Shown piece after piece: positions 19,037 to 28,600 of a DNA stretch of 56,492 nucleotides. The notes below the pieces were generated by a model. That model made no database searches, was not told where the DNA came from, and worked only from the letters and a program-made list of their open reading frames with translations. The DNA is from an uncultured Sphingomonadales bacterium. GTDB taxonomy: Bacteria; Pseudomonadota; Alphaproteobacteria; Sphingomonadales; Sphingomonadaceae. The translations under genes and the position numbers were made by a program. The stretch spans positions 1 to 56,492 of the forward strand of contig CAIKKO010000076.1 in NCBI GenBank assembly GCA_903828025.1. Reading direction: 5' to 3'. How positions within the stretch are numbered: the stretch's first letter is position 1; the number at the start of each line of letters is the position of its first letter.

Positions 19037-20707
19037 ATGACGATTTTCGGTCTCCATTTTGCGCGGCTCGGCGCTGCCATGGCGTCGACAACGGCGCTTG
19101 CGCTGGCGCTGTCGAGCGGTGCTGCATCGGCGCAGGCTGTAACCGCTCCGGCGGCTGCCGCGCCCGCGTCGGTTCCAGAGAAATTTCTGATTGATTCCAT
19201 CGAAGTCGCGGGTGCCAAAGTGCTTACCGCCGACGAGATCGAGGGCATCGTTTACAAGTTTACCGGCGAAAACCGGACTGCGGCCGATATCGAAGCGGCG
19301 CGCAAGGCCTTGCAGGATGCCTATGCGGCCATGGGTTACGAAGCCGCGGTCGTAGAGATCCCGCCGCAGGACGAAGCGCATCTCGCCAACGGCATCGTGC
19401 AGATCAAGGTCAGCGAAGCGCCGGTCGGCGAAGTTCGTGTCGCCGGTGCCAAACACCATTCCACCGAAGGCGTCCTGCGCCAGCTGCCCGCACTCGCGGT
19501 CGGCCAGCCGATCAACCTCAAGGACCTGCAGACGCAGTTGGTCCAGGCCAACCGCATTCCCGATCGCACCGTGCAGCCGGCGTTCCGGCCGTCCAAGTCT
19601 GAAGGCGCGATTGATGTCGAGCTGAAGGTCAAGGACAGCCTGCCGGTGCACGCCAGCCTGGAGCTGGGCAACGATAACAGCCCCAACACGCATCGGCTGC
19701 GACTCACCGGATCGGTGCGCTACACCAATCTCTGGGGAGCGGGGCACACGCTCACGGGCTCTTATATCGTGGCCCCCGAAGCCCGCAGCGAGTCCGAGGT
19801 CTATTCAGGCTCCTACAACGCGCCGCTGCTGGGCACGCCCTGGTCGGTCGTGGTGTTCGGGTACAAGTCGAATAGCAACATCGCCGCGCTGGGCGGAACG
19901 CAAGTGCTCGGCAATGGCTATCAGGTCGGTGCGCGTGCGATCTACAAGCTCTCGGGCGAGAAGATCGACCAGTCGTTCTCGATCGGGGTCGACTACAAGG
20001 ACTTCAAGCAGAACCTTGTTCTCAAAGACAATTCGGTCACCAAATCGCCGATCCGCTACATTCCGCTGACGCTTGGTTACACGTGGTCGCGCGCGGGCGA
20101 TAAAACCCAGCTCGACTTCAACGCCAGCGCTACGCTCGGGCTCAGGGTGATCCGGCGGGTTGAATGCGTGAGCGACGGGAACGGCAGCTGCACGCCCGAA
20201 GACCAGTTCAGCCTCAAAGACTACCTCGCGCGCGAGAACTTTGCGCACTTCAACGCCGACCTGACTTACACCCGGCTTATTGCCGACGATGTCAGCCTGA
20301 TCTTCAAGCTGGCTGGGCAATATGCCGACAGCCACCTTGTTTCGAATGAACAATTCGGTCTTGGCGGTGAATCGACGGTGCGCGGCTATTTCCAGTCCGA
20401 ATCCGTGGGTGACCGCGGTGTGGTGGGCACGCTTCAGCTTGACGGCCCGTCGCTGGCGAGCAGCTTGCCCGATTTCGTCGGCGAGCTGCGGCCCTTTGCG
20501 TTCCTGGATTACGGCGTGGTCGGGATCATTGATCCGCTGGTCGATCAGCGCGCGCGCTTTTCGCTCGGCAGCGCGGGCGGCGGCGTGCGGCTACGCCTGT
20601 TCAAGCATCTCGTGGGCGGCCTCACCGTGGGCGTGCCCTTCACCACCCTTTCCGACACCAAGCGCGGCACCGCGCGCGTTACCTTTACAGCCAGGGGCGA
20701 ATTCTGA
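19037..20707 (+). CDS. ShlB/FhaC/HecB-family (TpsB) outer-membrane transporter
   Basis: Signal peptide, POTRA region (LQDAYAAMGY), NEQFGLGGESTVRGY motif, C-terminal Phe. Confidence 0.92.
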   Translation: MTIFGLHFARLGAAMASTTALALALSSGAASAQAVTAPAAAAPASVPEKFLIDSIEVAGAKVLTADEIEGIVYKFTGENRTAADIEAARKALQDAYAAMGYEAAVVEIPPQDEAHLANGIVQIKVSEAPVGEVRVAGAKHHSTEGVLRQLPALAVGQPINLKDLQTQLVQANRIPDRTVQPAFRPSKSEGAIDVELKVKDSLPVHASLELGNDNSPNTHRLRLTGSVRYTNLWGAGHTLTGSYIVAPEARSESEVYSGSYNAPLLGTPWSVVVFGYKSNSNIAALGGTQVLGNGYQVGARAIYKLSGEKIDQSFSIGVDYKDFKQNLVLKDNSVTKSPIRYIPLTLGYTWSRAGDKTQLDFNASATLGLRVIRRVECVSDGNGSCTPEDQFSLKDYLARENFAHFNADLTYTRLIADDVSLIFKLAGQYADSHLVSNEQFGLGGESTVRGYFQSESVGDRGVVGTLQLDGPSLASSLPDFVGELRPFAFLDYGVVGIIDPLVDQRARFSLGSAGGGVRLRLFKHLVGGLTVGVPFTTLSDTKRGTARVTFTARGEF

Positions 20708-22500
20708 TGCAGACCAGCAACTTCGGGCGCAAGCCTGCAGCGTTCAAGGGCGTGCTCAAGGCACTCCTCGCGCTTATGATCCTCGCGCTGGGCGGCATGG
20801 CCTCCCCGGCGGCGGCCTGGTGGCAGAAGGATTGGGCCTATCGCAAGGCGGTGACGGTCGACACGACGGCGACTGGCGTGAACGTCAGCGGACCCATCGG
20901 CCGCACGGTGGTGCTGATACGCCTGCATAGCGGCAACTTCACCTTCACCGACGCGCTCGACAACGGGGCGGACATTCGCTTCGTCGATACCGACGACAAG
21001 ACCCCGCTCGCCTATCATATCGAGAGCTATGACGCGAAGAACGGCGTTGCGACTGTCTGGGTGAGCCTGCCGGTGCTGAACGGCGGCGAGAAGAAGCAGA
21101 TCTGGCTCTATTTCGGCAACAAGACCGCGCCGGTGGGCGAAGACGTCAAGGGCACGTTCGATCCGGACTACACGGCGGTCTATCACTTCTCCGAAGGCCC
21201 CGGACAGCCGACCGAAGACAAGACCGCCAACGGCAACACCGCAGCCAACGCGCCAGCGGGCAGCGAAGACAGCGCGATCATCGGCCATGGCGGTCACTTC
21301 GTCGGGCAGGGCGGCATCACGATCAACGACAGCCCCTCGCTGGCGATGACCCCGGGCGCGCCGTTCACGTTCACTGCGTGGGTCAAGCCGGACAACCTCG
21401 GCGGCGACCAGCAGCTGTTTTCGCGCGGCGGCATGGTGATCGGTGTCAATGGCGGCATTCCCTATGTCGCGGTCGGCAGCGGCAAGGCGCAGGCGACCGC
21501 GCCGGTTAAGCAAGGCGACTGGACGCACCTCGGTGTTGTCGCTGACGGCACAACGCTCAAAATCTATGTCAACGGCGTCGAGGCCGGTGCGGTCTCGGTC
21601 GCGCTCCCCGCGATTGCCGGTCCGATCACCATCGGCGGCACGCTGGTCGGCTCGCTCGATGAAGTGCGCCTGTCCAAATCTGCGCGCCCGGCTGCAATGC
21701 TGCTCGCCATGGCGTCGGCGGAAGGCCCTTCGACAAAGCTCGTCGGCGTGTCTGACACCGCTGAAAAGCAGGGCGGCGGCGGCGGTGTGCTGTACTTCAT
21801 TGTCAGCAAGCTGGAACCGCTCGATGCGGGCATCATCGGCCTGTGCATGATCCTGCTGACCATGGCGATCACGCTGATGGTCAACAAGATCCGCTATCTC
21901 AACGCAGCGAACAAGGCCAACGCGCTGTTCTACACTCGCTTCGATGCGATGCATGAGCAGCTTGTGCCGATCGCCGAGGCCGAGGGCATCACGCCGGCCG
22001 AGGCGGCCTACATTAAGAAGGCCTCGCCGATCGCGCGGCTCTATGAAATGGGCATTGCCGAACTGGACGTGCGCCGCAAGGTCAACGCCACGCGCCCGCT
22101 TTCGGGCGAAGCGGTCGAGGCGATGCGCGCGGCCGTCGATGCGGTCTACGTCGAGGAAAACCAGAAGCTCGATGCGATGATGGTCATTCTCACGATTGCC
22201 ATTTCGGGCGGTCCCTTCATCGGCCTGCTCGGCACCGTGATCGGGGTTATGACCGTGTTCGGCGGCGTGGCCATGGCAGGGGACGTGAACGTGAACGCGA
22301 TTGCGCCGGGTATCGCCGCGGCGCTGCTCGCCACGATTGCAGGTCTGGCTTGCGCCATTCCGGCGCTGTTCGGCTACAACTACCTCAACGGGCGGATCTC
22401 GGCGCTGGCCGACCAGATGCGCGTGTTCATCGACCGGCTCATCACTCGTCTTGCAGAAATGCAGGCCGATGCGGCCTACGCCCGCGAAGCGGCAGAATAA
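20707..22500 (+). CDS. exbB: DUF2341 + LamG-like + MotA/TolQ/ExbB fusion protein
   Basis: WWQKDWAYRK...DIRF...WV (DUF2341 pattern), WVKP...WTHL...IYVNG...LDEVRLS (LamG), GPFIGLLGTVIG...APGIAAALLATIAGL (ExbB). Confidence 0.9.
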   Translation: MQTSNFGRKPAAFKGVLKALLALMILALGGMASPAAAWWQKDWAYRKAVTVDTTATGVNVSGPIGRTVVLIRLHSGNFTFTDALDNGADIRFVDTDDKTPLAYHIESYDAKNGVATVWVSLPVLNGGEKKQIWLYFGNKTAPVGEDVKGTFDPDYTAVYHFSEGPGQPTEDKTANGNTAANAPAGSEDSAIIGHGGHFVGQGGITINDSPSLAMTPGAPFTFTAWVKPDNLGGDQQLFSRGGMVIGVNGGIPYVAVGSGKAQATAPVKQGDWTHLGVVADGTTLKIYVNGVEAGAVSVALPAIAGPITIGGTLVGSLDEVRLSKSARPAAMLLAMASAEGPSTKLVGVSDTAEKQGGGGGVLYFIVSKLEPLDAGIIGLCMILLTMAITLMVNKIRYLNAANKANALFYTRFDAMHEQLVPIAEAEGITPAEAAYIKKASPIARLYEMGIAELDVRRKVNATRPLSGEAVEAMRAAVDAVYVEENQKLDAMMVILTIAISGGPFIGLLGTVIGVMTVFGGVAMAGDVNVNAIAPGIAAALLATIAGLACAIPALFGYNYLNGRISALADQMRVFIDRLITRLAEMQADAAYAREAAE

Positions 22501-22512
22501 GGAGCCGGTGCG

Positions 22513-22920
22513 ATGCAGGTAGGTGGCGGCCGCAAGGCCTATGACGATATCAACATCACGCCGATGCTCGATCTGGCATACGTGCTGCTGGTGATCTTCA
22601 TTCTGATGGCGACGGCTTCGGTGCAGGGCATCAAGGTCGAACTGCCCAAGGCGAGTTCGGCCAAGAGCCTCGTCCAGCCCAAGACCATAGCGCTGACCGT
22701 GAACGATCAGGGCCAGGTCTTCATGGATGCGTTCCCGGTCACTCTGCCCGATCTTGAAACGCGTTTGCGCAATGCCAAGGCCTCGAACCCGGACGTTCCG
22801 ATCGTGCTCAAGGGCGATACGACGACGCAGTATGGCAAGATTATGGAAGTGCTCGACTTGTGTCGCCGGCTTGACCTTAGCAAGGTCGGTTTGGTGACGG
22901 GCAAGCCGACCGGGTCCTGA
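22513..22920 (+). CDS. exbD: ExbD/TolR-family protein
   Basis: INITPMLDLAYVLLVIFI with the conserved TM Asp; LKGD...YG. Confidence 0.92.
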   Translation: MQVGGGRKAYDDINITPMLDLAYVLLVIFILMATASVQGIKVELPKASSAKSLVQPKTIALTVNDQGQVFMDAFPVTLPDLETRLRNAKASNPDVPIVLKGDTTTQYGKIMEVLDLCRRLDLSKVGLVTGKPTGS

Positions 22921-22933
22921 GCCCAGCCTGACC

Positions 22934-23677
22934 ATGGCCAGCCTCCCAACCCCCAAAAGCACCCCTCCGGGTTCTGTGCCGCCCGAGTTCAACCCGAACG
23001 AGAAGGCGTCGGTCAAGCTGCGGCTGATTCAGGTCGGCGCGGTGCTGTTGCTGCTGCTTGCGGGCTACTGGCTCTATGGGCTGTTCTCGTTTGTGCCCGG
23101 GGTTAAGGTGCAGGAAGCGCCGCCGCAGACTGTCAACATGCTGCCGCCGCCGCCACCTCCCCCTCCGCCGCCGCCGCCTCCGCCCGATCAGCCGCCCCCG
23201 CCGGACGCCAAGCCGGATCCGATGCCCAACCCCGAACCCGCGCCCGCGCCCGATCAACCCGCGCCGATGAAGATCGACGGGCCTGCACAGGCCGGTACCG
23301 ATGCGTTTGGCATGAGCTCGGGCAAAGGCGGCGGCATGGGCGGCGGTGGCAGCACCGGTACCTGCCTTGCCCCGCCGTGCGACGGCGGCGGATCGCCGAT
23401 CGCGACCGGCTTCTACACCCGCTATCTGAGCGGGGCCTTGCAGGAGCGCGTGCAGGACAACGACAAGGTCAACCGCCAGATTTTCAGCGCAGACTTTGCC
23501 GTGACGATCAGTCCTTCGGGGCAGGTCACGGCCGTGCAGCTCTTGCGGTCGAGCGGCAACGGCAAGCGCGATCAGGTGCTGCTCGCCGTGCTCCAGTCCA
23601 TTCGCGGGCTTGATGCTCCGCCCGCATCGTTCCGCTTTCCGCAAAAAATTACCGTCCGGGGCAGCCGTGGCTTCTGA
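22934..23677 (+). CDS. TonB-like energy transducer
   Basis: N-terminal TM, poly-Pro linker, C-terminal ISPSGQVTAVQLLRSSG...RD domain; follows exbBD. Confidence 0.8.
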   Translation: MASLPTPKSTPPGSVPPEFNPNEKASVKLRLIQVGAVLLLLLAGYWLYGLFSFVPGVKVQEAPPQTVNMLPPPPPPPPPPPPPPDQPPPPDAKPDPMPNPEPAPAPDQPAPMKIDGPAQAGTDAFGMSSGKGGGMGGGGSTGTCLAPPCDGGGSPIATGFYTRYLSGALQERVQDNDKVNRQIFSADFAVTISPSGQVTAVQLLRSSGNGKRDQVLLAVLQSIRGLDAPPASFRFPQKITVRGSRGF

Positions 23678-23743
23678 GCCGTGCCTTGGGTCATTTTGGC
23701 CTGCCGCCCGGTTTGTGGCGCCTTTCGCAAATGGAGTTTCGTG

Positions 23744-25591
23744 ATGTTGGTGTGCAACCTCGATAGCCAGACCAAGCCCATGCGGGCGATGCGCGCAGTC
23801 GGGCTCGCGGCGGCGCTGGCAGGGCTGCTCGTGAGCGGTTCCGCGCTGGCCCAAGCAGCGACGGCACCGGCCATAGCTTCGGCCGCCGCTCCAGCCGAAG
23901 CCGCTCAGGCGGCTGGTGCGCCCGCTGCGCAGGCGGCTGCGCCTTCGCCCGATGCCATGACCAACCTGATCCGCCTGCTGGTGGCGCAAGGCACGATCAC
24001 CAAGGAAAACGGAGAGGCCTTGCTCGCTCAGGCGCAGTCTGAGGCAGACCGTGCGCGCGCTTCGGCCACGCCGCCGCCGCCGCCTCCGCCCCCCGTGGCC
24101 GATGGTGCAGTGCGCGTGACCCGCGTTCCCGAAGCGGTCCGCGCGCAAATCCGCGACGAGATCCGCGGCGAGATCATGGCGCAGGCCAGCAGCGAAGGCT
24201 GGGTGACCAAGAACCAGGCCGCGCCCGAATGGACCAAGCGCATCACCTTGTTCGGCGATATCCGCGTCCGCTCGCAATCAGAACTCTATTCCAAGACCAA
24301 CTCGGATACGATCCTGGACTTTGCGCGGATCTCGGCGCTCGGTCCGGTCGACTATGGCACGACGGCGTTCCTGCCCTTGCTCAACACGCGAGTTGATCGC
24401 TCGAACCGGCTCAAGATCAGGGCGCGCTTTGGCGCGACGGCCGAAATCACCAAGGGCGTTACCGCCCAGTTTTCGCTCGGAACCGGCGATGACAACAGCC
24501 CGATCTCACCGAACGCCAGCCTTGGCGGCGGCCTTGCCAAGCGCGACATCTGGCTTGATCTGGCCAACTTCAAAATTTCGCCGACGAAGTGGGCCACGCT
24601 GAACTTCGGTCGGTTTGAAAATCCGTTCAATTCCAGCGAAATTTTGTATGACGCGGATCTGCGGTTCGACGGTGTTGCGGCCAAGCTGAACTTTGACCGG
24701 CTCTTGGGCGAAGGCTCGGCCCTGTCGATCACGGGCGGTGCGTTCCCGCTTGATTTCGGCTCACCCAACTTCCCGAACAATTCGATCACCAAGCAGGCCT
24801 ATCCCTCGAAGTGGCTGCTGGCCGGCGAGATCAAGCTTTCGGGCGAGGTTGCGGACGGGATCGCGATTGATGCCAGTGCGGGCTACCACCGCTTCAGCAA
24901 AGTGCAGGGCCGCTTGTCCGATCCTTGCAACCTCGACACGACCGACACCTGCTCGACCGATGGCTTGTCGCCGCTGTTCCTGCGCAAGGGCAATACCCTC
25001 TTCGCAATCCGCAACCTGACCTCCAATGCGGCGGGCATCAGCCCCCAGCTGCTCGGGCTGAAGTTCGGGTATGAAATCCTCGACCTGAATTTCGGAGTGA
25101 AGGTGCCGATCTCGGGCTCGGTGGGCGCGCGGCTCGATGGCAGCTATATGCGCAACCTTGGCTTCCACCGCTCCGACATTTGCGCGGGCCAGATCGACAC
25201 CAGCCTTTCGCCGATCGTGCAGCCGATCAACAACGTGTCGGCCGATTCGACGCATACTTCGGTCTGCACCAAGACGAATGCAGCAACCTTCCATGGCGGC
25301 GGTACCGCATGGCAGGCTGCGCTGCATATCGGGACGGACAAGGTCGACACGCGTGGCAGCTGGAAGGCCGGTATTGAATACCGCTACGTGCAGACCGACG
25401 CGGTGCTCGACAGCCTCACCGACAGTGAGTTCCACTTCGGCGGCACCAACGCCAAGGGCTACGTGCTGAGCGGCGAGTACGGCATTGCCGACGGGCTTAC
25501 CATCGGCGGGCACTGGTATTCGGCCAATGAGGTTTCGGGCGACCCGCTCGCGATCGACGTGCTGCAGATCGACCTCAAGGCCAAGTTCTGA
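23744..25591 (+). CDS. Putative porin with an N-terminal periplasmic extension
   Basis: Signal peptide, LIRLLVAQGTIT helix, ITLFGDIRVR barrel start, GGTNAKG, C-terminal QIDLKAKF beta-signal. Confidence 0.85.
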   Translation: MLVCNLDSQTKPMRAMRAVGLAAALAGLLVSGSALAQAATAPAIASAAAPAEAAQAAGAPAAQAAAPSPDAMTNLIRLLVAQGTITKENGEALLAQAQSEADRARASATPPPPPPPPVADGAVRVTRVPEAVRAQIRDEIRGEIMAQASSEGWVTKNQAAPEWTKRITLFGDIRVRSQSELYSKTNSDTILDFARISALGPVDYGTTAFLPLLNTRVDRSNRLKIRARFGATAEITKGVTAQFSLGTGDDNSPISPNASLGGGLAKRDIWLDLANFKISPTKWATLNFGRFENPFNSSEILYDADLRFDGVAAKLNFDRLLGEGSALSITGGAFPLDFGSPNFPNNSITKQAYPSKWLLAGEIKLSGEVADGIAIDASAGYHRFSKVQGRLSDPCNLDTTDTCSTDGLSPLFLRKGNTLFAIRNLTSNAAGISPQLLGLKFGYEILDLNFGVKVPISGSVGARLDGSYMRNLGFHRSDICAGQIDTSLSPIVQPINNVSADSTHTSVCTKTNAATFHGGGTAWQAALHIGTDKVDTRGSWKAGIEYRYVQTDAVLDSLTDSEFHFGGTNAKGYVLSGEYGIADGLTIGGHWYSANEVSGDPLAIDVLQIDLKAKF

Positions 25592-25655
25592 CGAGGCTGG
25601 CGCGCCCGGATTTCCGGGGGTGCCGCTTTTCATCACCGGAATAATGGGCGGAAAC

Positions 25656-28600
25656 ATGACAATGCAGACCGGAACCGCGCGCAACAGGCAGGGCAACGCT
25701 TCGAGGCAGCGGCTGTTGACGGGGGTGAGTGCGGTCGTGCTCGGTCTGGTCGTTGGCGCTGCGCCGACCCATGCACAGCTGGCGCGGCTGCGCTCGGTGC
25801 TGGGCGGGGCAGTGGTGCCCACGGCTGCAACCACGATCACGCCGCCTACCGCAACGCGCGGCCAGTCGATGCAGCAGGCCCTGGCCCAGCAGCAGGCCAA
25901 CCGCGCCGCGATCCAGTCGCTGCGTTCGCTGGTCACCGAAGCGCGCTCGGCCGCGCTGGCAGCCGTCCGCCCGCAGCCGACCGATGGCCTTTCCGCCAAA
26001 GGGCTCGACGCCGCGGTCACCAAGCCGACGCTGGCCATCAATGACCCCACTGGGCTCGCCACCTGGCAGGGCGCGCTCATGCCTACCCAGACGGTCAATG
26101 GCGGCACATATGCGGTGACGATCAAGCAGACCGATTCCCGTGCGCTCCTCTCGTGGAACCGTTTCGATGTGGGGGCCAAGACAACCCTCACGTTCGACCA
26201 GACCCTGAACGGCAAGGCGCAGACCGATTGGGTCGTGCTCAACCGCGTGGTCGATCCCAAGGCTTCGCCCACGGTGATCCTCGGCCAGATCAAGGCCAGC
26301 GGAACCGTTTTGGTCATCAACCGCAACGGCGTGATTTTCGGCAACGGCGCGCAAGTCAACACGCATTCGTTGCTCGTATCGAGCCTTGAGATCGGCAATT
26401 TTGGCCGTGATCCGGATGCGGGAACCCCAGGTGGTTCGGGCCTGTTTACGGGCCTGTCCATCAAGGACCGCAATAACGCGTACCTTGCGAATGGTTTGCT
26501 TGGCAACTCGGTTGCGCCGCTCAAGTTCGACGCAATGCTGACCTCGAGTCTGACCGGAACCGGCAACTACTCGTTCACCGATCCCAATGCGGCCTTTTCG
26601 TCCAAGGTCGAAGGCGATGTGATCGTCGATCGGGGCGCGAACTTGACTGCCGGGGACGGTGGTTTCGTGATTATCACGGCACCCAACATCAGCAATGATG
26701 GGGCCCTGAGTGCACCGGATGGGCAAGTTAGCCTGCAGGCGGGGCGCGCGATCAACTACACGATCTCCACTGGATCGGCAGCCAGCGGTGATCCAGACAT
26801 TCGTGGCCTCATTCTCCGATCGACGACTGTAACGGGAGGACAGGTCGTCAATACAGGTCTGATCGACGTGCCGCGCGGTTATATTTCGCTGGGCGCAGAT
26901 TTGACCGGTTCGGTCACCAATGGTGGGCTGATTTCGTCTACCACCAGCGTTTCGCGCAATGGGGTCATCTCGCTGACCGCCGGTCATGTCAGTTTGTCGG
27001 GGGGAGCGAATTCGGGAAGCGCCGGTGCGCTATCGATCCTGCCCGATGAGAACGGCGAGACCGTGCCGCAGGGCTCGGCCGACGAACCGCCGAACTTCAA
27101 GGCTTCGCGCATTGATATCGGGGGGGAATACGTCTCGACTCTGGCCGGCGCCGGCGCGACGGGGCTGTTTGGCCCCGCTGCGGTGGATTTTGGCGAAAAC
27201 GCCCTGTTGTTTGCGCCATCGGCGATCGTCTCGATCGGGGGCAGGTCGGGAAGCGGGTTCAGCGTCGGCGACTTCAGCGCGTTGGGGCACTCGCCGCTGA
27301 CGGGCAGTGTCAACGTTGCCCAGGGCGCCATGATCGACGTGGGCGGCATCAAGGATGTCCAGCTTAGCGCCAGCCGCAACAGCGTCACCATTTCGCCGCT
27401 CAAGGGTAACGAGCTGCGCGATACGCCGAACTACCGTGACGTAAAGATCGACGGTTCGTTCACACTTAACGGCAAAACGGTCACTGTCGATGTGCGCAAG
27501 CATGGTATCCGCAGCGATGGTGTTGCGTGGATTGGCTCGCCGTTGATCGAGGCCGGTTCGGCAGCAAGCCAAATTGGCGTGACCGCATCGGAACTCATGA
27601 CCAAGGGCGGCTCGGTAACGTTTAAAGTCACCCCCGTCCTGTCTCTGGCAGATGCGCAAAATGCCCCCAAGGTTTCTATTGCGGCCGGGGCCACAATCGA
27701 TTTTTCCGGCGGGTGGGTCCATTACAATTCCGGTGTTGTCAAATCGACGCGGCTGATCCGCGCCGATGGTACCATCGTGGATATCGCCGATGCCGATCCC
27801 AACGGCGATTATATCGGCATCGCGGACGGCTACAGCGATACGCAATCAAAGTTCGGAATCACCCGGACTTATCGCAACAAACTGATTTCGGGGGATGCGA
27901 TCGACCCTGCCTATGACGAAGGACGCGACGCAGGTGCGCTCGTTATCGGGGCAAGTACCGCGACCATCGCTGCCACGCTGCATGGTCAGGCCTTTGCGGG
28001 GCAATTGCAACGCGATGGTAGCAAGGTCGGCACCGCAAAATCTGCCATCAACAGCGATCCGCGCGCGCTGCAGTCAACCGCGAGCGAACTCCCCTCGGGC
28101 GGGTTCTTGCGCGTGGGTTCGATCCTGGGCAGCGGCACGGTGGAACTGGGCGGTGACATCGTCGTTGCGGCGGACGGTCAGGCAAATTCGGCAACTGCCG
28201 GTGCGTTCGTTCTCTCGGATTCTCAGCTCAGCAACGCCGGCCTTTCCGCCTTGACGCTGCAAACCACCGGCGGCGTCCGCTTTGATGCGGGCAGCGCGGT
28301 TGTGCTTGAGAACGGGGGCGCGCTCAAGGTCGATGCCGGCCGAACAGTGCGCTTCGATGGCACGATATCTGCCCACGGCGGCAAGATTGCGGCCCGCACC
28401 GTCGAAATGGGTGGCACGGTGCTTCAGTCCACGTTCGCGTCGACCGGCTCGGCCTTTATTAGCTCTGATGACGTGTCAACGGCATACGCAGTCGGGGCGG
28501 CGCTGCCGAATCCGTTCGATATCGTTGTGTCGGGTACGCTCGACGTATCGGGGCTCTGGAGCAACGATTATCTCGCCGCGCGCTCGGACTCTCTGCCGAG

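Noticed and set aside
20545-23016. 823-aa antisense ORF and similar long shadows (24761-26566, 47486-49738, 49985-51616)
   Set aside because: They lie opposite well-supported genes; long stop-free antisense frames are expected in high-GC DNA.
23140-23205. CCG-rich tract as a contingency repeat
   Set aside because: Encodes the normal poly-Pro TonB linker with mixed codons.
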